A stretch of 54,384 nt of DNA, the filler included, from Jimgerdemannia flammicorona (lineage: Eukaryota), in NCBI GenBank assembly GCA_003990765.1. It is 2 parts of 2 records of this genome, joined end to end, with 100 filler letters (N's around TTAATTAATTAA, not from the genome) between each part and the next. Parts side by side here need not be neighbours in the genome. Positions count along the whole stretch, not along the records: positions 1 to 27,147 come from RBNJ01000658.1; 1 more part is not named here. One strand, written 5' to 3'. The position numbers and the translations under genes are program-made. Each line of letters opens with the position of its first letter. Position 1 is the stretch's first letter. Below the pieces are notes generated by a model, which made no database searches, was not told the origin of the DNA, and saw only the letters and a program-made list of their open reading frames with translations. Below, piece after piece: positions 13,273-24,872 of the stretch.

Positions 13273-14631
13273 TCAACATCCCCAGTAACTTCATAGATTT
13301 CGGTTTTGATGACGTTTTTTGTTTCTTTAATCAGAGCCATTTCAGATGGCTCGAAAAGTGTTTATATGGCTGGTGTGGTGAGTAGATCATTTGATTGAGG
13401 GCATCTGTGTTCAAATGATCGTGATATTTTCCATGTGAGATCACCAATCATGGGACCTAGTTATTACAGCATCACGCATTAGTACCTTAGTGTAGTCCAC
13501 CAGTTGAGGTTTTGCGCCATATAATAAACGGCATGCTGGAAAAGATGGGCCTCTTACAGGTTTTGTGAAATATACTTCTCATTCGTAGAACAGGGAAGTG
13601 GATTGATTTGATATAAAAAATATAGGGTGCCATTTAGTCCACATAGAAAGTTACTCAGAAAGACCAGCATGATTGCCTTAATCAAAATCATTTACTAAAT
13701 ACAGTTGTCAATTTTCTCCATTTCAGACATGTCCAAGAGCGTCCCGACATTACCACGCCAATCTCATGCCATTCCTCTGCGACTTCTACTCACTATGAAA
13801 TCCTTCCGTGAACTTCTTTCGGTCTCGACCTCATTACAATAGGTACGTGGCGAACTTGTGCGTATTTGTCAAGTTTAAATAATTACAGTGTAAAGCGGTG
13901 GACGTGAGAGTAGGAAATCACCATATTTTCATTCGAGTGAAAAAAAAATAAATAAAATAAAATAAATCAATGCAAGTCGCGTTCGCACTGTACTGACCAA
14001 GAATTGATCAAGTTAGTCAGTCCGTTAACCCCGCCTGCACCTCCGTTGCACATATGTCAAAAATAATACTTCAGGTCAGAGGGCCCGCTTGACGTGCACA
14101 GCTTTTGGCCGCTCCTCTTTTATCAAATCGTCTTCGCGTCAGAGGAGGGTGCGGCTTGCCTGATGAAGAGGGGTTTTCGTCTCGGCAATAGCAAACGTGG
14201 TAAATGAATTGCGCCATCTATAGCAAGTTTTGGAGGTCTCCGCAGATATTTGAATATATGTATATATGCAATACAAGGATGCAGATGAGCTTATGGACCT
14301 CGATGCAGTTGGAGTTCAATGTAGGCTGGCCTCTATGCAATATAATGGCTAGTAGAATTTTAATGCATTGGAATATATAGTCTGAACCCATCGGTTATTA
14401 CCATTTCGCTGGATGTCAATTCAGTCACTGGATACATATACAAGCCCAAACAGTCAAATTTTAGACCTCCAGATATACAATCTAGAACAAAACATCTTTG
14501 ATCTGCTAGATACAGATGCTTAAATAATTTTGTAATGATTAATATAGTAATAGAAGGAAGAAAATTGCTAAGCTTCAAAAATTAAATAAAATTAAATAAA
14601 AATAAAAGGTGATATCAACATGCTTCATAAA

Positions 14632-14634
<3 letters not shown>

Positions 14635-14679
<45 letters not shown>

Positions 14680-14680
14680 C

Positions 14681-14715
<35 letters not shown>
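14635..14715. repeat. Interrupted poly(A) tract, ~80 bp
   Basis: Seen directly. Confidence 0.9.
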
Positions 14716-14716
<1 letters not shown>

Positions 14717-14809
14717 CCAACATTCTCTTTCAAAATTTGGATGGCCATGATGTGCTGACTAATCTATCTGACTTGTTGTTAACCCAAATGGTATGTAGGT
14801 CAGCCAGAT

Positions 14810-16190
14810 GATTTCGATACAATGATACTCAGATCCCAGCACTTTCTCCCGAACCGCCAGAGCCCGTTTGCAGAAGAATCTGCTTCATTGAGTTTGCCAA
14901 GGTGGTGGTAGAATTCCTGCAGTTACTTGGTGTTCTGGTCCCAGTACCGCCTCCCAAATCGCAATCGCCCGTTGGAACAGTGGCTTCACCTCGTCGCAAT
15001 TTTCTTGGCAGCGCCGCAATAGCCCTAACATTTTCATCATTCCTTTGATGGCCTGCCCTGGCGGTCGTAGAGCCTAGCCAGATTGTTTAGAGTTACCACT
15101 GTGCCCGTCCAAACGCCTTCTTGCGGATTGTCATCACTCGTTGGTACATCCGCTCCGCGTTGTCGTACTTTCTCTACTATTGTAAAGTACAGCCTGACTA
15201 TTAATAGTTGCTTCTGCGTCCAGGAGCTTTTGTTCCAAAGCCTTTTTGCGGATCGCCAGCGCCCTTTGGCACAGCGACACCGCTTCTTCGTATTGGCCTT
15301 TGCAATTGTAGAGCCACGCCACACCATCCAGGGATGCTGCTGTGTTGGGGGCTGTTTCACATATATTTTTTCTGATATGGACACCATCATCTGCGTGAAT
15401 TCTATTGAAATCGTAATGGTGAAGAGGGGGCACTTTATTGATAACACAATAATTCGCTTTTACGCGTGTTCATTTTTGTGACGTAAGTCACAAATGGATG
15501 ACGTAGAATAATAGATGTCGAGTTGTATATCCCAACAAATTCTTCGATACCTTGAAAAACCCTACTCTTTATCAAATATCCGACCGTTTGTGTGAGCAAG
15601 AGCCTAAGACGATTTTGGAACTCTGTGTCCATCTAATCCTGATCCAATCGTTCGGTTGTGCGACAATGTGTCGGACATGAGGAAGGTGCTTTTCGTTTGT
15701 CTTTCGGACTTGAAGATTATGATACTCAATAGAGACTACTTCCCTACTCAATACAGCGACGATGCGTGCGGACGATCATTGCTCTCCATTGCACCACGAA
15801 CGACAGTTTGAACCAAGCGATGAATTGCCAGGTGTCGGTAGATGTTTCTGAATTTTCGCTGGAATTCATATTATGGGTGCATTTAATATTTTCTGAGGTA
15901 GTTTACCGAACACGGAAACTCTGCCAGCACACCTATCGCAGAGAGCACATCGTCAACTGGTTCAAGAGGTTTGCTCACTTGTTCTGGAAAGAGCGCTAGG
16001 GCATCATGCTGGCATTGGAAAATGGACGTAGGTATTACGTCTGGTTGGAGAAACGCTAAAGCTTCAAGAAACCTCGTTGCCAACGGATTCTGCTCCTTGA
16101 TATTTTTGAAGGGTAAATTACATATGGTAGCCACTGTTCTTAGGGGCGGCATCGTCGCATGTCGTAAGGAGTCGGTCTGGTTTTCGTCGA
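14810..16190 (-). pseudogene. NLR-like (NB-ARC winged-helix + TPR) pseudogene fragment
   Basis: Contains TVATICNLPFKNIKEQNPLATRFLEALAFLQPDVIP, HRLVQTVVR and LPHVRH. TPR_10/12-like repeats follow: NTAASLDGVAWLYNCKGQYEEAVSLCQRALAIRKKAL, TLNNLARLYDRQG, PLFQRAIAIWEAVLGPEH, KRALAVREKVLGSE. Frameshifts and stops present; no P-loop seen. Confidence 0.8.
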
Positions 16191-16756
16191 ACTAATTTCA
16201 GATAGGATAGATCAAGTCAGATCGGATCTATCTTAAACCATATAATCAGCGTTTGGGTGATTAACTATGGAATGTAATCAATCACCGAATCATGACATTT
16301 AGCGGCAGGCCGATAGAACGACAATAAATTACAGATTGAAGAACGACGATTAATCGACCACAGAGCAATTATTATGCAACTATGATTATCAACGATGACT
16401 AACAAAATAATGACGAAAACCACAAAGTAAATATTAGCCCCAGAATTGGGCAAGAGTGGCTTCTCTGATAACTCAGGTAACAGATTCTTAATGCTCAGCC
16501 AGGTTGCTAGGATCCTTTCGGAAATTTAACTGTACATCTGAGTGACTCATGCCATCCAAGTCCTTGTATGACTGCCATGCAATCCACAGGTTGTGGTATC
16601 TGACCTTCGTTCACACACATTTCTTTATGTGGTCAGAACATACACATACATATATATTGTGTGTCAGGCACATTAATTTATTCGCATGCAACGTAATCTT
16701 TTTAATGTGAATTACACAACAGGGCCATCATAGGCCCCCTTCATAACTACTACAAT

Positions 16757-17297
16757 TTAGTGAAGAAAATCGCCTGGGACAATACCCCACATGGGAGTAA
16801 AAGTGACCGTGATCTTGACACCTTTGTAAATGGCTTGCTGGTATTTTGCCAGGATTAATGGATTGTAATCTGCTTCACTGTAGACAGGGAAAACCCACAA
16901 AGCGTCACCGTCCCAGGCCCAATGAAGGATACCAAAGGCAGTCACGTAATGTCCCTTCTCGTTGTGGATCACGACCTGGAGGAAAGAGGATGATTTAATA
17001 AATTACTCCGTGGGATCGAAGGGCATGCAAATTCAAAATGAAGATTGAACCTGGCCAATAGCTCCTGTCTTGTCTTCATCCTTTTTGGCAATGGGGATGG
17101 AAAAGCGGGGGTGGCCCCTGGAGGCGGATATGTAATCAAAAATATGTTGAGTGTGGAGGAAGGCGAAAAACGAGAAATACTGATTCTATCAAATACCAGC
17201 CAAGTCCATGGTAAACAACATCTCCAGTAACTTCATAGGTTTCGGTCTTGACAACATTTTTCATTTCTTTCCACTGAGTCACTGTCCAATCACCCAT
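16757..17297 (-). CDS. Intact 3-exon gene, 128-aa protein of unknown function (exons 17297-17197, 17117-17051, 16975-16757)
   Basis: ATG in AAAATGG context. Two GT-AG introns (79 and 75 nt), both ending CTCCAG. Splicing gives an open 387-nt CDS: MGDWTVTQWKEMKNVVKTETYEVTGDVVYHGLGWGHPRFSIPIAKKDEDKTGAIGQVVIHNEKGHYVTAFGILHWAWDGDALWVFPVYSEADYNPLILAKYQQAIYKGVKITVTFTPMWGIVPGDFLH. Lies in CpG-normal DNA. Confidence 0.75.
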
Positions 17298-17678
17298 TTT
17301 GGACAGTTCAGAAAGTTGGTGTGGTGAGTAAGATGAAAATAATTATTTATTATTTTGATTGATACGTAATATCAGCCACACATTTTGGTCACATGATGTG
17401 GCTTATAGTCCTATTGGATATCACGATACAGATAGTCACATTTAGACTACTAGATATAGGGTACCAAATAATAGCAGGCAAAAAAAAAAATATGATGACA
17501 TAGGTGGTACCCTAGAGTACCATGCCTTTTTACCTTTTTGGATCTATTGAACAGTCTCTGTATTGCTTCCAGAGGACAGTGTGGTATAGTATATAGAGAT
17601 AGAGAAGTAATTTAATATATAATTAATTTGATACTTAAAATAAATTATATTAAGTTATTCACTTTGAAACTATAGATT

Positions 17679-17870
17679 CTACTCCTATCTCTTCTACTCC
17701 TATCTCTTCTATTTCTATCTCTTCTACTTCTATCTCTTCTACTCTTATCTCTTCTACTCTAATTTCTTCAACTTCTAACTCTTCTACTTCTATCTATTTT
17801 ACCCTTATCTCTTATACTCTTATAGATCTCTTTTACTTTTATCTCTTCTACTCTTATCTTTTCTACTTCT
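17679..17870. repeat. 15-bp tandem repeat (CTACTCCTATCTCTT)n, ~12 degenerate units
   Basis: Seen directly. On - it can be read as (DRSRR)n. Confidence 0.85.
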
Positions 17871-17938
17871 ACCTCATCTTCAGCTACTATAGTTATATTC
17901 TCTATCTCTGTCTTTTCTGCACTATTACTGTTTGCTAT

Positions 17939-17940
<2 letters not shown>

Positions 17941-17982
<42 letters not shown>

Positions 17983-20122
17983 GTTACTTAGACTTCAGCT
18001 TTATTACTCAACTAATCTATATAATACAATATATCTAAGCTCTACTCTCTATCTAATCTCCTCACAGAGACTACTCTAAATATTATCTCAATTGAAAGTA
18101 ACCTCTCTCTCAATTACCTGAATTCTCCCCCCACTCTCTATATATATCTTTTCTACTAATCTATAGTATAGACTCTCTCTGAGTCTCTACTCAGACTACT
18201 ACCCATTCAACAATTCCAACAACAGTCACTCCTATCTTATACCCTCACTCTCAGCAACAATTACTGACTATTCTCAAAGATATACAGCTAAGTCTACTCT
18301 ATAGAAAGCTATTTATTATTAATCTCTCTCTATCAGTTATGACTGAAGGATATCTTACCATCTCTCTCTCTTTCCTTCTAAAGGCTATATCTCTAACTAG
18401 CTCTCAATTACTAACCAGAAATCTTTCAGTATCTCATACTTATCCAGTCAATGTTCTGAGATCTGTATCATCTTCCCCTCTTATCTAACATTAAAGCATT
18501 CTTCACAGTTGAAAAACCCCCTTTTACCAAATAGTCTGATCTAAAGTTTAATATTATATTCTGATATAGAAGTCATATACTATTCAGATCTTGGAAGGAA
18601 GCTATATACTTTAATATCCTCTCACTTTATAACTAGACTCCTGTTCAGTCCTATATCTTACTGATACTTATTATCTGTCAACTCTTTAGTCACAGATCTC
18701 TTCTTTATTCTCTCTGATACTTCACACTATTCTCAAGCTAAAAATCAATTATTAGAGAGAGAGTCACTCAATAGAAGATGATCTCAATATCATATTTCAG
18801 GTCTCTAGACTGTCTCTCTCTCATCTCCATACTAGTGAATTTCTATCTAATAAGTGCTATCTACTATCTCCTATCAGAAATCTCTATAATATATTTGATG
18901 ACTCTTCTCTAGTACTATCAAGAATAGCAGATCACTAGAAGTTTCTCTGGAAGAGAACTATATCTCTCAAATCTATTATAAGAGAGATATCCAATCTTAG
19001 CCCTCTAACTTACTGATCTATTTCAACCACCATACTCTCAAACAATACAGATACTTAGTAAAGTCAATAAGACCTAGTTCTTCCCAAATCATCAGTACTG
19101 TCAATATATCCCAATCTATCTAACTTTATCTCTTAGTCCAAATTCAAGACCTAACTATCTTTAAAAGTCTCTTCACTACTCATGCAGAGAAGTCCAGATA
19201 ATATCTCAGATATTATAGCTTAGGCAATCAGTATATATTTAGCATTATAACCCTCTCTATTAATAAGAGAGTATTTCTCCATTATGCTAGCTTTTACCTC
19301 CACTATACTCTGGGAAACAATAAGTCATATATATACTAAGAAATAAATTTCCAAATATCAGACTATCTCTTCTACTGAGACAATTGTTCCAATTATATTC
19401 TCTTCTATTACTTCACTACTAAATACTAAGATCTCACATTTGTACCAGTTTATCTTAGCCACTGAACATTCTTTATACTACTCTACTATCTTCTGCAATA
19501 TAGCCATATCTTCTATAGAGTCCAGTCTAATCACTATATTATCTACAAAAGCTCCTACCTTCCAATTCACTCTCAGTACTATTAACCTATCTACTCTATA
19601 TCTGATTCTATCTAGCAAGAGTTCTAAAGAGAAAATATAGAGGATAGGTAACAACAGATCACTATGCAGTATCCCTCTACTCAAAGAGAATGATATCTCA
19701 TTATAACTATTAATCAAGATAGCCACTCTACTCCTCTCCAATAAGCTGACCAAGAACTGCTAAAAGCCTTGAGAAATTCCAATATATTTCAGTATCCTAT
19801 CTAACCATACTCTCTGTATCTGGTCATATGTCTTCTCTTGGTCTAGAAAAACCAGCTATCTATCAATTTCCACATCTTTAGTCCCTTCAATGATATCATA
19901 AATTCAGGGTATTCAATTCTGATCAAACAGCCCCCAATGAAGCTCTATTACTCCTCACCTAGTACTCTTTAAGCTATATACTATAACTAAGTAATAATGA
20001 ACTTTGTGACCAGCTTATGATCTATATTCAGAAGTATAATTAGCTACTAATTCTTTCACTTCTCTCTTCTCTCTTTATTTTTAAATAACAGAGCCACTAG
20101 GCTTAGGCATTGATCTTCTATC
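17941..20122 (-). mobile_element. 5'-truncated or interrupted L1/Tx1-like LINE (RT plus 3' end, poly(A) tail)
   Basis: T39 at 17941-17979. RT motifs FLDQEKTYD, RGILHSDLLLPILY and GAFVDNIVI. The 3' end matches that of the LINE at 20123. Confidence 0.85.
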
Positions 20123-23100
20123 TTTTTTTTTTTTTTTTTTTTTTATCTACTCCGTCTTTTTTTTTTTTTTTATAGCTACTCAGACTTTTATTTATTACCA
20201 ACTATCTATAAATAATAATATATAAGACCCCCAGCCCCATTCTCCCCCTTTCCCTACTGAAGGACAACCCAACCACCCACTACCTGAACTCTTCCTCCAC
20301 TCTTTCTACAAATATAATTTACCAATTTCTGATGGCCCCCCCCACTCAGATCCCATCCTCTCTACCAACCATTCAAAATGTCAAGTATCAACCATTCCCA
20401 ATATGCAACTCTAGCCCCAACCTCAACCCACTGGCCCTTCTCAAAAACATGGAGCCAATGACCAGCCATCTCTACCCAAATCACCAGGGCCCACCCCAAA
20501 GTCAACCATTCATCCCCAACCCCACCCACTAACCTTTGCCAAAGGTCCCCCCATCTCTCTCCTTCCCCCCCCCCACCAGGGGCCATGAGCCCAATCTATC
20601 CATAATACTGTGCCAAAACTCCCCCAGAACTTCACACTCTCTGAGCTAATGTTCAGGCATTTATACCACTCCTCCCACTTGACTCACATCCATATATTCC
20701 TCACCTTCAAACATGCCATCTGCCACCAAGTCTCCTGACCAGTAGTTTAGCATTACATTCTGCCTGAAGAACCTCCACTATACTATCCAGAACTTGGGAG
20801 GAAGCTATCTCATCACCTTCTTGCTCTAAGGCCAAACCCCAATCCAATTCTACTTCTCACCAATCTCCTCCCTTTGCCATGCTTCCAGCCATATATCCCC
20901 CCCAGACCCCTGCAAATATTCCATTCCATCACCAAGCTGAAAATCCTCCACCAATGAATCTCCCAGCAGTAACTTGTCCCATCACCATATCTGTAGTCCC
21001 CAGTCCTCCTCTCCCTCATCACCCTGCTACCAAAGTCTGTTCTTTTAGCACTATCTACCACTTCTCACCAAAAGCCTTTGTACTATATCCTCCTACTCCC
21101 ATCCATGGCCACCATTGTAAGCAGGTTATCCATCACTCTATGGGGGAAGTACCAAGCTTCCCACAACCTCTGTATGAGCAGCACCCACTCCTGGCCCCTC
21201 AACTTACTCACTCTCTTCAGCCACCATACTCTCAGACAATAAAGAAACTTAGTAAAGTCTACCATCCCCAGCCCACCTCTGTCAATAGGCAGAGTGAGAA
21301 CCTCCTAGCCTATCTGACTTCACTACCCAGTCCAAATCTATAATCTAGCCATCTTCAGAGATTGCTTGACCACCCATGCTGGAAAGTCCAGACAGTATCC
21401 CATATACCACAACTTTGGCAGCCAATATACATTCAGCACCATCACTCTTCCTGCCAAGGATATATGTCTACCACCCCACCTCAAGAGAACATTACCCCAT
21501 ACTAGTAGCTGCTGTTCCCACCATGCATGGAGCAGAAGGAATCTATACTGAAAAGTATATCCCTAAGTACTGAACTGGTTTCCCTGTGGGAACTACTATT
21601 TCAATCATATCACCACCAACTATTCCACTACTGAGCACCAGGGTCTCATATTTATGCCAGTTGAGTTATACACCAGAGCCCCTCTCATACCATTCCACTG
21701 CCCTTCTCAATTCTCCACATCCACTAATAAACCCAGTCCTACTACTATATTATCTATAAAGGCCCCAACCTTTCAGTTAATCCCCAAAATGTCCAAACCC
21801 CCAATTCAATACTGAATCCTATCCAATAGGGGCTCCAAGGAAAGGGTATATAGGATGAGTGACAGAGGATCTCCCTGTGGCACTCTATGCCCTAGTAGGA
21901 ATGTTATACCTCTATACCTATTCACTACCAATGCTGCTTGACTGTTCTCCAGTAGACTGATTAATGACCTCCTGAACTCTGGGGGAACTTCCACTCATTT
22001 CAGCACTCTCTCCAGCCAGACTCTCCTCATTCTATCATATGCCTTCTCCTGATCCAGAAACACTAACTGTCCATCAACCCCTGCTGCCTGAGCCCCTTCA
22101 ATCACCCCATGGACTCAGGCAGTTCCATCTCAGATCAACCAGCCACTAACAAATCCCTTCTGCTCTACGCCTAGTACATATCTGCTGAGTAACTCCCTGC
22201 AGCCTAGTTACTAAGATCTTTATCAACAGCTTGCAGTCTATGTCAAGGAGCATGATTGGCCACCAATTCCTCCAATCTTCTCTTCTCCTCTTATCCTTAT
22301 AGAGCAAGAAGACCAGCTCTAGGCACTGGCCCCCAATCTAATCTCCAGATTGAAGTACCTTATCATACATCACCATCATCTCCTCCAATACTACCTCCAC
22401 CCCAGCCATCTTCTTTCAAAAATCCCAGAAAAGCCTATCTTCACCTGAAGCCATTTCCTTATGTGTTGAAGTCAAGACCCTATATACTTCCTCTCTCTGC
22501 ACAGATTCACTCAAGATCCCCAGGCTCAGTACTGGATCTGAATACCAATCCTCCAACTGCCATTCAATGTCCAGAGTATCCTCACCCTCTCCTTTGTCCC
22601 TCTATAAGTTCCCCCAGCAATCTCACAGCACTCTCAGAATCCTAGGAGTCTCTACCACCATCTCTCCATCCTCCTTCAGAATACCATCCCACTGCTGTCT
22701 AGTTCTCCAAGCTTGGAGTATCCTCAAAGAAACTTAGTGAGCCTCTCCCCCTCCTCCAACCCCTGCCACCACAACCTTGCCACCATCCCTTTCAACTGAA
22801 CCTCCTCCTCCATTTGCAGCACATCCTTCAGCTTATCTACTTCCTTTTGTATCTTCCTAATTCACCAATCAACTGCCCCCAAATCCTCCAGCAATCCCAC
22901 CCACCTTCCTAGAAGCATTGCCAATCTTTGTGAAGTCCATTATACTCACCACCTCAGCTGGGCACTCCTTCCCCTCCCTGTCTCTCTCCAATACCTCTGA
23001 GCACTTGATTTTAGCTGCTGCCAGCAGTCCCTAATCTCCAATCCCTGCTCCCACCATCTGCTAATCTTTTCCACAACTTCTACCTCCCAGTCAGTCCACA

Positions 23101-24872
23101 ATAAACCCTTCTCCAACAAGAAAGAATTCAGTCACCAATGTCCAGGCTCATCCCCCCTTCCCCCAAATCTCCTGCACCCTATTAGACCCCAGTGATCTGA
23201 TCATGGACACCTGACCACTTTCAGCATCTCCCAGACATTCACTCTCCAGCACTCTGCCATCAATATCCAGTTAATCCTGGAGCCCAGTCCCACCATCCAG
23301 TGGGTATAAATTTGATGATCCACTCAGAACTGTTGCTCTGCATCAACCAAAGAGCTCAACTTCTCTATCTCCATCCAATCATCCAACCCACCACTTCTTC
23401 TACTCATATCTCTCCTACCATCAGTCCTGTCTATCCTGCTATCATGAACTATGTTGAAGTCACCCCCCAGACAATCAATCCCTACCTCACCCATAACTCC
23501 AGCCTCTTGTAAACCTCTAATCCAATCTACATGTTCTCTCCTCTCAGCTGGACAGTAATATGACCCAATATCAGGGGGTCCTACCCTGGCCTCTTCCACA
23601 CTCTCTACACCAGTCTACTCTCCCAATGTCCAATATCTCCAATATCCCCCATCCCTTTATGAACCAGAATGCCCACCCACCCAATCCATACTGCTGTCCC
23701 ACCCCATTCCCTAGTCCAGTCCTGAAAATTAACATTGGCCTCAAACTGCATATCCTGTAGCAAGAAAGGATCTACATTCAGCCCCTTCAACTAGCTAAAG
23801 AGATTCCTTTGCCATGCCACACCCCTCAACTCATTCACATTCAGAGAAAATATTCTAGTTGTACTGTTCATATTGAAAAAATGTTTGATATTGAGATCCC
23901 AGTCTAGAATTCCATGCTCAACTCATCACTAGCAAGATCTGCCTGTCTCTCTGCCTCCAACTCATCCTCTGTGACAGCCTGAGTTTCCAGTGCTTCCAAG
24001 ATTTCCTGATACTCCACCCTATCCACAACCTCTATTTCAGCCTGATAATCTGTACAAACTGCCTTCCACTTCTCCAACCCCTTCCTCAAGCCCCACAAGT
24101 ATGCTACCCAGTTATTTACAATCTCCCAAAGGACCTCCTCTCTCTGATCATCAACTTGATATTCCTCTGACTCCAAGAGCACTGCCAGGATTTCATTTCT
24201 AATCTTTCTCGGCACTTCCTCCTATAAAGAATTTCCTTCCAATACCTATCACTTAGTACCCAGAAGTCCTCACCCCTAAGCTCCTCAGCTGCTACCCCCT
24301 CCAGAGTCTTCCACAGCTACTTCTCTTCATCTACTGCCTCAGCAATACCCTGGGCAACTCCCTTGACTCCCACCACAGGGTCCACCAAAGTGCTCCTCCT
24401 TCCTGACTCATCCCACTCCTCCTCCAGTATATCCAGTAGTTCCTCCTCTCCCCCTACCCCACTCAGGACACTATACTGAGAGCAAACTTCCTCCTCTATT
24501 TCAGCATCCTTCACACCATCCAGACCCACCTTGTTTGATCCATCTGGAGCCATATTTGGAGCCATCCTGTGCTCTCCAGCCCAGGTGCTCTCCCTCAGTC
24601 CAGTACTCCCTTCTTCTATCCTACCATCTGCTACACCCCCTCCCATCTTTGCCAATAACTCTTTCTGGATTCTCCTCTCCTGTATCTTCTCCCAGGTCCC
24701 CTTATCCATCCTGATCCTTTTGCTATCTACAATCTCCACCACTGTCTTGGCCTCATATTTCTTCTGAGTCAGTCTCCTCTTCTCAACCACTCCTGTCAGA
24801 TCCTTCAAAGCCTCCAGCAAGTCCTCCTCTTCCTCAAGTATCCCCTTCACCCTTGAAACCTTGCACTCAACT
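20123..24872 (-). mobile_element. L1/Tx1-like LINE (ORF1 C-terminal part + ORF2 APE-RT), degenerate
   Basis: T tracts at 20123-20171. ORF2 begins at ATG 23871 (MNSTTRIFSLNVNELRG). APE motifs GGDFN and SDH; RT motifs FLDQEKAYDR, VPQGDPLS, AFIDN and YLGI. Acidic/coiled ORF1 remnant at 23904-24872. Confidence 0.9.

Noticed and set aside
13726..13842. Exon-like segment (TTTCAG...GTACGT)
   Set aside because: Stops in all three frames and no partner exons found.
14070..14220. Faint Crinkler-like N-terminal remnant on - (DLIKEERPK)
   Set aside because: Too short, needs a frameshift, and has no diagnostic motif.
14620..14811. Poly-lysine ORF
   Set aside because: Translation of a poly(A) tract.
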